From the NCBI GenBank assembly GCA_963734545.1, contig CAVTHO010000004.1, forward strand, positions 480,001 to 544,000: a stretch of DNA of 64,000 nt. The letters are read 5' to 3'. A program made the position numbers and the translations under genes. The DNA comes from an uncultured Spirochaetota bacterium. Lineage in GTDB: Bacteria; Spirochaetota; Spirochaetia; SZUA-6; Fen-1364. Of the stretch, positions 42,577 to 50,732 are shown piece after piece. The notes beneath the pieces are model-generated. The model was not told the DNA's origin, ran no database searches, and saw only the letters and a list, made by a program, of their open reading frames with translations. Within the stretch, counting starts at the first letter, position 1; each line of letters starts with the position of its first letter.

Positions 42577-43137
42577 ATGGGTGCAACCTTTGGTAGAGGC
42601 AGGCACATCTACCCAGGTATTGACCCCTCCCCTGCTTCCCGGCACCATGGTCCGCACAGATGATAGGCGCTTCCTTCCCAGACTTCCATGACGCGGTCAG
42701 AGCTGCCGCCGCGCTGATCCGTTCCTCCCGATACCTTACCGCCTTCACCGGCGCGGGGATCAGCGTGGAAAGCGGCATCCCGCCCTTCCGCGGCGCAGGC
42801 GGGCTGTGGGACCGCTATGACCCGCGCACCCTGGAGATCGAGTTCTTCCTCCGGCACCCCGAGCAGGCCTGGCCGGTGATCAGGGAGATCTTCTACGACA
42901 ACTTCGGCAGGGCGCGGCCCAATGCGGCGCACGAGGCGCTGGCCGCCTGGGAAGCGCGGGGCCTGTTGAAGTGCCTCATCACGCAGAACATCGACAACCT
43001 GCACTACTCGGCAGGCAGCAGGAATATCGTCGAGTTCCACGGCAACTCCCGCCTGCTCGCATGCCTGTCCTGCGGCGCGCGCGTGGAGGCGCACCCCGAC
43101 CTCTTGAAGAGTCTCCCGCCCCGCTGTTCATGCGGCG
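42577..43137 (+). repeat. Partial cobB copy A: promoter plus 5' ~60% of the sirtuin gene
   Basis: 6 mismatches to intact cobB over 42705-43137; first ~15 codons diverged; homology stops after CSCG. Confidence 0.92.
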
Positions 43138-43155
43138 AGGTGTTACCCTCTATGG

Positions 43156-44268
43156 ATGATGACCTCATCTTCCACGGCGCCACGTCGTTCGGACGGTCCG
43201 GGCGGCATGAGGCTGGAGAGGTCTACTCCCCGGAAGGATAATATTGCGAAAAATGCAGTATGGTGCTGTTTTTCTAGGCATACAAAGGTGGACACGTGGC
43301 CGGTCGGGCTGGCAGTGTCGGGCGCCGATGTCTACGTCGTAGGGAAGTTTGTGACGGGAGCAAACTATTCGGCATGCTCCTGGAACGGACCCAGCCTGGC
43401 AGATCTCAGCGGAGGGGTGCCTATCCCTGGGGCAATTGCCACCTCCCTCTACGTTTCCGGCCACGACGTTTATAGAGCGGGTTGGTGCTGGGATGGCTCC
43501 CGGGAGGTCGCCTGCTATTGGAAGAACGGGCTCAGGACGGATCTTGGTGACGGGGTCAACCGCTCGTACGCTAATTCGATTTTTGTTTCCGATGACACCA
43601 TCTACGTCGCAGGCTACTACTCAACCGGATCGACGCGTGTTGCCTGCTGCTGGACGAACAATGTGAAGCGCGATTTGCCCGGAGGAACTCCGCCTCTCGG
43701 CTCCGTTGCCACCTCGACCTGCGTCGTTGACGGCGCGGTGTACGTGGCCGGGCAATGTACAGATGATCACACAACTTTTCCGTGCTACTGGAAAGACGGC
43801 GCCAGGATCAACCTGCCCGGTGAAGGAGATGACCTGGATCAAATCTGCGCCAATTCCATCTTCGTATCCGGCTCTACAGTCTATGCGGCAGGGTGCAGCT
43901 ATGGGGATGCAAACCAATTGCTCGTTGCGTGCACCTGGACGGATGGACTGAGAACCACCCTCCCGAACGGGATAACCGCAAACTCCGTCTACGTATTTGA
44001 CGGTACGGTTTACGCGGCCGGACGTGTAAACGATTGGGGGGGAGACGCTGCATGCTATTGGAGAGGAACTGCGCGGACGCTCTTGTCGGTCGGACCGAGC
44101 CGCGAAGCCACCTCGATCCAGGTCGTGGACGGAGACATCTGTATTGCGGGGTGGTGCACCAACGAGATCAAGAGGATCGCGTGCTACTGGAAAAACGACG
44201 TGAGAACAGATCTTCCCGAGCCGAGCATACAGATCGGGGCCGTCGCCAACGCCATTTTTGTGAAGTGA
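43156..44268 (+). CDS. Cys-rich repeat protein, predicted 7-bladed beta-propeller; start uncertain
   Basis: Seven ~45-50-aa repeats of pattern A.SI.V....VYVAG......ACYWK.G...L. Confidence 0.75.
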   Translation: MMTSSSTAPRRSDGPGGMRLERSTPRKDNIAKNAVWCCFSRHTKVDTWPVGLAVSGADVYVVGKFVTGANYSACSWNGPSLADLSGGVPIPGAIATSLYVSGHDVYRAGWCWDGSREVACYWKNGLRTDLGDGVNRSYANSIFVSDDTIYVAGYYSTGSTRVACCWTNNVKRDLPGGTPPLGSVATSTCVVDGAVYVAGQCTDDHTTFPCYWKDGARINLPGEGDDLDQICANSIFVSGSTVYAAGCSYGDANQLLVACTWTDGLRTTLPNGITANSVYVFDGTVYAAGRVNDWGGDAACYWRGTARTLLSVGPSREATSIQVVDGDICIAGWCTNEIKRIACYWKNDVRTDLPEPSIQIGAVANAIFVK

Positions 44269-44390
44269 ACTGGCGGCCAGCGCATGGCCATTCGCAGGTC
44301 TCACCGATCGACCCGTCCAGCGGAGGCTTCTCAACCGCTGACTTCGGCCGCGCCGCTGGCCGCGGCGATCTCTGCCATGCGGATTGCGTA

Positions 44391-44655
44391 ATGGGTGCAA
44401 CCTGCGGTAAACAGGCAGTAAACCCGCCCAGGTATTGACCCCTCCCCTCCTTCCCGGCACGATGACGTCACTTGATGCAAGGCCGGAAATCGTTTCACGA
44501 CACCCAGACCGCCATCCGCTCCGCCGCCGCCCTCATCCGCGGCGCCGCGTACCTCACCGCCTTCACGGGCGCGGGCATCAGCGTGGAGAGCGGCATCCCG
44601 CCCTTCCGCGGCGCCGGCGGGCTGTGGGACCGATATGACCCGCGCACCCTGGAGA
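44391..44655 (+). repeat. Partial cobB copy B: promoter plus first ~60 codons
   Basis: Same ATGGGTG left boundary and TTGACC-N17-CACGAT promoter; encodes [21 protein letters not shown]...PRTLE with synonymous divergence. Confidence 0.92.
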
Positions 44656-44757
44656 GACGGAAATATCGTGCTCGTAGATCGGAAGGCCCGCCGGCCGATG
44701 GTTGCGCGCGGCGGAAAGGACGTGATGGTAGCCAGGTGAGAAGTCTGTCTGCGGCAT
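44654..44757 (-). pseudogene. Diverged 5' fragment of the URO-D-family gene
   Basis: [35 protein letters not shown] versus MPRPGFSPDFHHVLAAARNQRPARLPIYEHNIAVS at 17510-17407; about 85% nucleotide identity by manual count. Confidence 0.88.
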
Positions 44758-44917
44758 GGCTGCCCGGTCACCAGGGCTCGTGCCGACCAAGGTCTTTCCT
44801 TCAGAGCGTGAGAGGTCCATCGAGTACTGAGGTCGGCCGATCACCCACGAACTTCTGCTTGACTTCCGGCCGGCGTAGGTCAAAACTCAGATAGTCCGAA
44901 CGCGAAGGAGGTGATCC

Positions 44918-45547
44918 ATGGTTCAACCTTTTCAATCAGCGGGACCGGGGCTCGGAAAGAAACACCTGGTCGTCGCGGTGTTGCTTGGCGTTGGATTGTT
45001 GGCGGGAGCTGAAGGACTGACGAGCGGCATGGGATTCCGAGGTGGGGCAGGCGCCGACATTACATTTAGCGGTGTCGCTGCGGGAGCCGGTATCAACAAG
45101 CTCTTCCTTGACCAGCTCGAAGTCGGCCTCGTCTTCTACTACGGCAACTTCCAGGAGAAATCCGACAACGGCGTCAACACGTACACCGACAAGACCCAGG
45201 TCATCGCGTTGGCGGCCCAACTGAACTACCTGTACGGATACAGCCGGGACAAGGGAGGACTCTATCTGGTCGCGGGCGTGGGACTTGCGTATCTCGGGAT
45301 AAACTGGGAAGAGAGCAGCCCTACTGATACAAGCCTCGGAACGCCTCTTCCGGGCGGGGGCAGCAAGCAGACATTCGACGGAAGCGTGGGAGGAACTATC
45401 CTGACGCTGGGGGCTGGCTACTCTGTTGGCGGTGGGCTGGATGTTCGTCTCGAGGTTCCGCTCGTCATCACGTTCTCTCCAGCAGGAGGGGCCTCGACGA
45501 TCATTCCGCTGTTCACGCTCACCGCCGGATACCGCCTCGGCCCATAG
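44918..45547 (+). CDS. Outer-membrane beta-barrel protein (OmpA/OmpW-like transmembrane domain)
   Basis: Signal-like N-terminus, amphipathic strands (YLVAGVGLAY, LGAGYSV, LTAGYRL), AAGGAGGTGA SD, own TTGACT-N17-AAAACT promoter. Confidence 0.75.
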   Translation: MVQPFQSAGPGLGKKHLVVAVLLGVGLLAGAEGLTSGMGFRGGAGADITFSGVAAGAGINKLFLDQLEVGLVFYYGNFQEKSDNGVNTYTDKTQVIALAAQLNYLYGYSRDKGGLYLVAGVGLAYLGINWEESSPTDTSLGTPLPGGGSKQTFDGSVGGTILTLGAGYSVGGGLDVRLEVPLVITFSPAGGASTIIPLFTLTAGYRLGP

Positions 45548-45555
45548 CCGGACCG

Positions 45556-45834
45556 CTAGTGCGTCAGCCGGGCCATGTGTCCGGGGCTACGGCCGGCGTC
45601 GTGACGCTCGTGAATGTGTACGTTCGGCCCACGCCTTCGCACATTCATTTCGAGATAGCGGTACAGGGCGAGGAGCTCGGGACCGCCTGATATCTCACCC
45701 ACTGTCCGCATGACGATCCTGCCCAACGAAGCCGCGTCGCTTGAGCCGATGAGCCGTCCAAGGAGGGCGCGGATGTCGGCCTCTAGGTTCTCCAGCATCC
45801 CCATGGGTGTACCCATCGGTAGATAAGCAGGCAC
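45556..45834 (-). other. Short divergent ORF or gene remnant, unknown function
   Basis: 92-aa ORF with an internal ATG at the left boundary of the cobB repeat; no recognisable motif. Confidence 0.3.
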
Positions 45835-45876
45835 ATCTACCTAGCTATTGACCCCTCCCCTGCTTCCCGGCACCAT
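45803..45876 (+). promoter_or_regulatory. cobB promoter with upstream inverted repeats
   Basis: ATGGGTGTACCCAT, GGTAGAT-N10-ATCTACC, TTGACC-N17-CACCAT; the -35/-10 arrangement is conserved in all three promoter copies. Confidence 0.7.
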
Positions 45877-45884
45877 GCTGTCAC

Positions 45885-46652
45885 TTGATGAAGAGGCCTG
45901 AGCCTTTCTCCAATGCCCATGATGCGGTTCGCTCGGCCGCCGCGCTGATCCGTTCCTCCCGATACCTTACCGCCTTCACCGGCGCGGGGATCAGCGTGGA
46001 AAGCGGCATCCCGCCCTTCCGCGGCGCAGGCGGGCTGTGGGACCGCTATGACCCGCGCACCCTGGAGATCGAGTTCTTCCTCCGGCACCCCGAGCAGGCC
46101 TGGCCGGTGATCAGGGAAATCTTCTATGACAACTTCGGCAGGGCGCGGCCCAATGCGGCGCACGAGGTGCTGGCCGCCTGGGAAGCGCGGGGCCTGTTGA
46201 AGTGCCTCATCACGCAGAACATCGACAACCTGCACTACTCGGCAGGCAGCAGGAATATCGTCGAGTTCCACGGCAACTCCCGCCTGCTCGTATGCCTGTC
46301 CTGCGGCGCGCGCGTGGAGGCGCACCCCGACCTCTTGAAGAGTCTCCCGCCCCGTTGTTCCTGCGGCGGCATCTACAAGCCGGATTTCATCTTCTTCGGC
46401 GAGGGAATCCCCGCCGACGCCCACGCGCGGTCCCAGGAGGCCGCGGGCCGCACGGACGTGATGCTCGTGGTCGGCTCCACCGGTGAGGTCTACCCCGCCG
46501 CCCTTGTGCCGCGGAGGGCGTCGGAGGCAGGGGCAAAGATCATCGAGGTCAATCCCGAGCCTTCCGAGTTCACGAGCGCGATCACCGACATCCACATCCC
46601 GCTGAAGGCAGGAGTGGCCTTCGGACTGCTGGAGGAGGAACTGCACCTATGA
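45885..46652 (+). CDS. cobB: NAD-dependent protein deacylase (sirtuin)
   Basis: [28 protein letters not shown], CxxC..CxC, KPDFIFFGE, VVGST, IEVNP. Confidence 0.96.
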   Translation: MMKRPEPFSNAHDAVRSAAALIRSSRYLTAFTGAGISVESGIPPFRGAGGLWDRYDPRTLEIEFFLRHPEQAWPVIREIFYDNFGRARPNAAHEVLAAWEARGLLKCLITQNIDNLHYSAGSRNIVEFHGNSRLLVCLSCGARVEAHPDLLKSLPPRCSCGGIYKPDFIFFGEGIPADAHARSQEAAGRTDVMLVVGSTGEVYPAALVPRRASEAGAKIIEVNPEPSEFTSAITDIHIPLKAGVAFGLLEEELHL

Positions 46653-47674
46653 AGACGTATGACCTGCGCAGCGACACGGTGACCCGGCCCGGACCCGGAA
46701 TGCGGAAGGCAATGGCAGAGGCCGAAGTGGGAGACGATGTCTACGCGGAGGACCCCACGGTCAACAGGCTGCAGGAGGCCGCGGCCGAGGTGACGGGCAA
46801 GGAGGCGGCGCTCTTTGTCTCCTCGGGCTCGATGGGAAACCTGATTCCCATTTATCTGAATTGCGGCAGGGGCAATGAGCTCCTCATCGAATCCCACGGA
46901 CACAGCGTGCAGCATGAGCTTGCCGGCATCACCGCCGTGGCAGGCAGCCTGCCCATCATGATCCCCGCAGCCAGGGGAATTCTGGAACCGGCGCTGCTCG
47001 AGCCGTGGATCCAGCCGGACATCTACTACTGCGCCCGCACCCGGATGATCGTGCTGGAGAACACGCACAACTCCGCGGGCGGGACCTTCTATCCGCTCGC
47101 CACTTTGCAGGCGGTCGGGGAGTTCGCCCGCAGGAAAGGGCTCGCCCTGCACATCGACGGCGCGCGGCTCTTCAATGCGGTGGCCGCTTCCGGCGTGCAG
47201 GCCCGCACGATCTGCGCGGAGGCCGATACCGTCACGTTCTGCCTGTCCAAGGGGCTGGGCGCGCCCGTAGGCGCCGTGCTGTGCGGAAAAAAGGACTTCA
47301 TCGCGGAAGCGCGCAGGGTGCGCAAGATGCTGGGCGGTGGAATGCGGCAGGCGGGAATCATCGCCGCGGCAGGCGTGTACGCGCTTGCCCACAACATCGA
47401 GCGGCTCTCCGAGGATCACGAAAATGCAAAGGTGATTGCCCGGGCCCTTGCCGGTACCACGTGGGCCAGGCTCGACCCGATGGACGTCGTCACGAACATC
47501 ATCTATTTCCGCACTCCGGGCAGGAACGCCGCCACCGTTGTGGATGCTCTGGCCCGGCAGGGAATCCTTTCCGGCGCATCCGCCGCGGACCAGGTACGGT
47601 TCGTCACGCACATCGACGTTTCAAAGGACGATGCCCGGGAGATCGCGCGCATCGTGGAAAAAGCCCGAATCTGA
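46649..47674 (+). CDS. ltaE: Low-specificity L-threonine aldolase
   Basis: DLRSDTVT, GDDVYAEDPT, ENTHN, HIDGARLFNA, CLSKGLGAPVG, GGGMRQAG. Confidence 0.96.
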   Translation: MKTYDLRSDTVTRPGPGMRKAMAEAEVGDDVYAEDPTVNRLQEAAAEVTGKEAALFVSSGSMGNLIPIYLNCGRGNELLIESHGHSVQHELAGITAVAGSLPIMIPAARGILEPALLEPWIQPDIYYCARTRMIVLENTHNSAGGTFYPLATLQAVGEFARRKGLALHIDGARLFNAVAASGVQARTICAEADTVTFCLSKGLGAPVGAVLCGKKDFIAEARRVRKMLGGGMRQAGIIAAAGVYALAHNIERLSEDHENAKVIARALAGTTWARLDPMDVVTNIIYFRTPGRNAATVVDALARQGILSGASAADQVRFVTHIDVSKDDAREIARIVEKARI

Positions 47675-47691
47675 CGTCGCCCGGTTTTTTC

Positions 47692-47749
47692 TTGACCGCC
47701 CGCCGCACTTTTTGTATTTTACCGCAAGGTGAATTAACCGTATGGTAAA
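47692..47749 (+). promoter_or_regulatory. Promoter plus tandem palindromic ArsR-type operators overlapping the start codon
   Basis: TTGACC-N17-TATTTT; TTTACCGCAAGGTGAA (47718-47733) and TTAACCGTATGGTAAA (47734-47749). Confidence 0.7.
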
Positions 47750-48107
47750 GAGAGAAACAAAACCCGATCGCCTCAGCCTGACATTCGCTGCCCTGGCTGA
47801 TCCGACACGCCGCAGGATCCTTGCTTCCCTCGCCTCGGGGGAGGCGTCCGTCTGTGAGCTGGCCGAGCCATTTGCCATGACCCTGCCGGCCGTCACCAAG
47901 CACCTCAAGGTCCTGGAACGCGCCGGCTTGATTACGCGCCGTCGGGAGGCGCAGTGGCGGCCCTGTCAGCTTCGGGCGGGACCGCTCAAGGATGCCGACG
48001 AGTGGATCCGGCACTACAGCAGGTTCTGGGCGGAGAGTCTCGATCGCCTGGACGGCTATTTGAAAGAGCTGAGACTGAAGGAGGAGAAGCATGGCCGCGG
48101 GAAATAG
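47742..48107 (+). CDS. ArsR/SmtB family transcriptional regulator
   Basis: FAALADPTRRRIL...AVTKHLKVLERAGLI. Confidence 0.95.
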   Translation: MVKRETKPDRLSLTFAALADPTRRRILASLASGEASVCELAEPFAMTLPAVTKHLKVLERAGLITRRREAQWRPCQLRAGPLKDADEWIRHYSRFWAESLDRLDGYLKELRLKEEKHGRGK

Positions 48108-48594
48108 CTCCCGGACACGGGCGACGGACCGGGAGATCGTCGTCACGCGAGTTTTCGACGCGCCGCGGTCCCTCGTCTTCAAGGCCTGGACCGACCCGAA
48201 GCACCTGGTGCGGTGGTGGGCACCGAAGGGCTGGACAACCCCGTTCTGCAAGGCGGATCCCCGCAAAGGCGGCAAGTTTCACTTCTGCATGCGGTCGCCC
48301 GAGGGCAGGGACATCTGGGGCATAGGCATCTATCAGGAAATCGTCGAGCCCGAACGGATCGTCTACACGGACGCCTTTGCGGATGCGCAGGGCAACCCGG
48401 TTCCGCCTTCGCACTACGGCATGAGCCCGGGCCACCCGGCCGAGACCGTGGTGACGGTGACCTTCGTGGAACGCGAAGGCAGGACCGAGCTCACCCTGCG
48501 GCATGCCATGGCCATCGGCGTCGAGGAGCGCGAAGGGACCCGGCAGGGTTGGACCGAGATGCTCGACCGGCTGGCCGGCTTTCTGGCCGGTTGA
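48091..48594 (+). CDS. SRPBCC (AHSA1-like) domain protein
   Basis: REIVVTRVFDAPRSLVFKAWTDP...GWTEMLDRL. Confidence 0.93.
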   Translation: MAAGNSSRTRATDREIVVTRVFDAPRSLVFKAWTDPKHLVRWWAPKGWTTPFCKADPRKGGKFHFCMRSPEGRDIWGIGIYQEIVEPERIVYTDAFADAQGNPVPPSHYGMSPGHPAETVVTVTFVEREGRTELTLRHAMAIGVEEREGTRQGWTEMLDRLAGFLAG

Positions 48595-48658
48595 CGTGTC
48601 GATTCCGGCCCGGCCCGTTCGACAGAGAGATAGAGAGAGTAAAGGAAGGAGACAGTCT

Positions 48659-50050
48659 TTGAGTGAGCAGAATACCCGGAGCATGAAGAACATCGTGCCC
48701 TGGATCATATACCTGATATTCTTTGCGGTTCTGAATGAGACGGTGTTCAACGTCTCGACGCCCATGATCGCCCGGCAATTCTCGCTGACCCCTTCCGGTG
48801 TCAGCTGGATGATGACGATATTCATGGTCTTTTTCGGAGTCGGCTCGGTCATCTACGGAAAGCTGTCCGACCTGTACAGCCTGCGGCGGCTCATCATCAT
48901 CGGGATCGTCATCTACAACACAGGATCGATCCTGGGTTTTGCGCTGCGGTTTTCCTACCCCCTGGTCGTGGCGGCCCGCGCCATTCAGGGAATCGGAGCT
49001 TCGGCAATCCCCGCGCTGATCTTCGTGGTGGTGGCACGGTATTTCGCGGATTCGGAGCGCGGAAAGATTTTCGGCCTCATCATGTCCACGGTTTCCTTCG
49101 GGATAGGCCTGGGCCCCGTGGTCGGGGGTTTCGTGGCCAGCCAGCTCCACTGGTCCTATCTGTTCCTGATTCCCGTGCTCATCCTGATCTCGATTCCCCC
49201 CCTCGTCCGGATACTGCCCGAGGAGCCGCGCCGGGAGGGCACGGTGGACCTGCCGGGAGCGGTCCTGGTGGCCCTGACCGTGGGGGCCCTGGTGGTCTAT
49301 CTGAACTTCAGCAAATGGTACTACCTGGCGGGCTTCCTCGTCGTGCTCGGCCTCTTCATTCTCCGGACGCTGACGGCAACCGATCCCTTCATCAAGCCGT
49401 CCCTGTTCAGGAACACGAAGTTCCGCAATGGGGTCATCGTCGGATTCTGCCTGTTCTCGATCGTCATCGGAATCTTCTTTCTCATTCCCCTGATGCTCAA
49501 CGATGTCTACGGCCTGGACACCAGCAAGATCGGCTTGATCCTGTTTCCCGGCGCAATCAGCTCCGTGATCTTCGGCCCGATCGCGGGCACCATGGCTGAC
49601 CGCAAGGGCAACAGCTTCGTGGTGGCCATCGGACTGGCGCTCCTCGTGGCCAGCATGGTCCTCATGTTCTTCCTCCTCAGCGTGTCGGCCCTGTTCGTGG
49701 CGCTGGCCATGCTCCTAACGTACGTCGGTTTCTCCCTTTTCCAGACCGCCATGATCAACAGCGTTTCTCAGACCCTCTCCGGCCAGGAGGTGGGCGTGGG
49801 CATGGGTCTGTTCAATCTCGTCGGCATCATCTCGGGTGCCGTGGGCGCGGCGATTGTCGGGAAAATCCTCGACCGCGGGTGGCTCGAAATTTCCATTCTG
49901 CACATCGCCTCGATCTCGAAAGGCTATTCGTACAGCAACCTGATGATCGTGTTCGCCCTTGTCGTGATATTCGGCGGCGTGCTTTATCTCCGCAGCTATC
50001 GCGGCATGAGCGGCATTGCGCCCCTGAAGAGCGAGGCTTCAGAATCGTGA
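48659..50050 (+). CDS. 14-TM MFS efflux pump, Tet(K)/Tet(L)-like
   Basis: FFAVLNETVFNVSTP, IYGKLSD, ARAIQGIGASAIPAL, HWSYLFLIP, YSNL; TTG start with AAGGAG SD. Confidence 0.85.
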   Translation: MSEQNTRSMKNIVPWIIYLIFFAVLNETVFNVSTPMIARQFSLTPSGVSWMMTIFMVFFGVGSVIYGKLSDLYSLRRLIIIGIVIYNTGSILGFALRFSYPLVVAARAIQGIGASAIPALIFVVVARYFADSERGKIFGLIMSTVSFGIGLGPVVGGFVASQLHWSYLFLIPVLILISIPPLVRILPEEPRREGTVDLPGAVLVALTVGALVVYLNFSKWYYLAGFLVVLGLFILRTLTATDPFIKPSLFRNTKFRNGVIVGFCLFSIVIGIFFLIPLMLNDVYGLDTSKIGLILFPGAISSVIFGPIAGTMADRKGNSFVVAIGLALLVASMVLMFFLLSVSALFVALAMLLTYVGFSLFQTAMINSVSQTLSGQEVGVGMGLFNLVGIISGAVGAAIVGKILDRGWLEISILHIASISKGYSYSNLMIVFALVVIFGGVLYLRSYRGMSGIAPLKSEASES

Positions 50051-50125
50051 CGGAAGGGCTTCAGGTCCGCGCCGATTGGCGCTGCCTCGATGATCGGCCT
50101 GCCTCCGTTCCTCCCGGCGCCGTGA

Positions 50126-50674
50126 TCAGAAACGGGCCGCGAGGGCGGGGCCGAATTGCAGGAGGACCGCGGTCAGGATCCAGCCGAGAATGATCCCGGC
50201 AATGACGTCGGAAACGTAGTGGATGCCGATGGCCACTCTCGAGATGACCATGAACGGGCTCCACAGGAGGATGGCGACAAACGCGGTCAGCGGGCCGAGC
50301 TGCCACGCGATGAGGCAGAGCATGGTGGCGCGGGCGGCGTGCCCCGACGGGAATGAATACGGGTCGGCCTTGCGGTAGATCATGCCGGACCCTCCCGGTG
50401 GACGCGGACGGCGGAAGATCATCTTGACCGCGATGACGACAATTTCGGCAAGCACGAGCCCGGCGAACGCCACGATGGCCCGGGACTTCCAGAGGGAATC
50501 CCCCAGGAGCCACGCGGCAGCCACGAGCCCCACCCATACTGGGCCGTCTCCGGAATGTGCGAGCCCGAGCGCGAAGAATCGGAGGACCCTGCGCTGCCGC
50601 GGCAATGTGAACAGCCCGGTCAGAGCCTGGTCGATCGTCTGGAGCCTCGCCCACAGGCCTGCCGCGCGTTCCAT
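50126..50674 (-). CDS. PAP2 family membrane phosphatase
   Basis: KMIFRRPRP, SFPSGH, SRVAIGIHYVSDV. Confidence 0.93.
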   Translation of the reverse strand: MERAAGLWARLQTIDQALTGLFTLPRQRRVLRFFALGLAHSGDGPVWVGLVAAAWLLGDSLWKSRAIVAFAGLVLAEIVVIAVKMIFRRPRPPGGSGMIYRKADPYSFPSGHAARATMLCLIAWQLGPLTAFVAILLWSPFMVISRVAIGIHYVSDVIAGIILGWILTAVLLQFGPALAARF

Positions 50675-50732
50675 GACGATGTGTGTACCCGATTTGCTTG
50701 ACTTTGCCTACCCTGCCCGTTAGCATCGGGGC

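Noticed and set aside
42577-43137. cobB copy A as a simple assembly duplication
   Set aside because: It differs from the intact gene by substitutions (four synonymous, two Ala/Val) and has a distinct 5' end, and other copies are more diverged. Not fully excluded without reads.
42577-45880. Repeats as a CRISPR array, integron attC sites or a DGR template/variable pair
   Set aside because: The repeats are long gene fragments of unequal length. There are no cas, integrase or reverse transcriptase genes, and differences are not adenine-specific.
42660-46652. Sirtuin copies as a SIR2 anti-phage system (Thoeris, DSR, pAgo-linked)
   Set aside because: The protein is a canonical Zn-binding CobB-type deacylase coupled to ltaE, the extra copies are truncated, and no defence partner genes are present.
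48622-48652. AG-rich tract upstream of the MFS gene as a repeat element
   Set aside because: Short low-complexity purine run that includes the SD; no regular unit.
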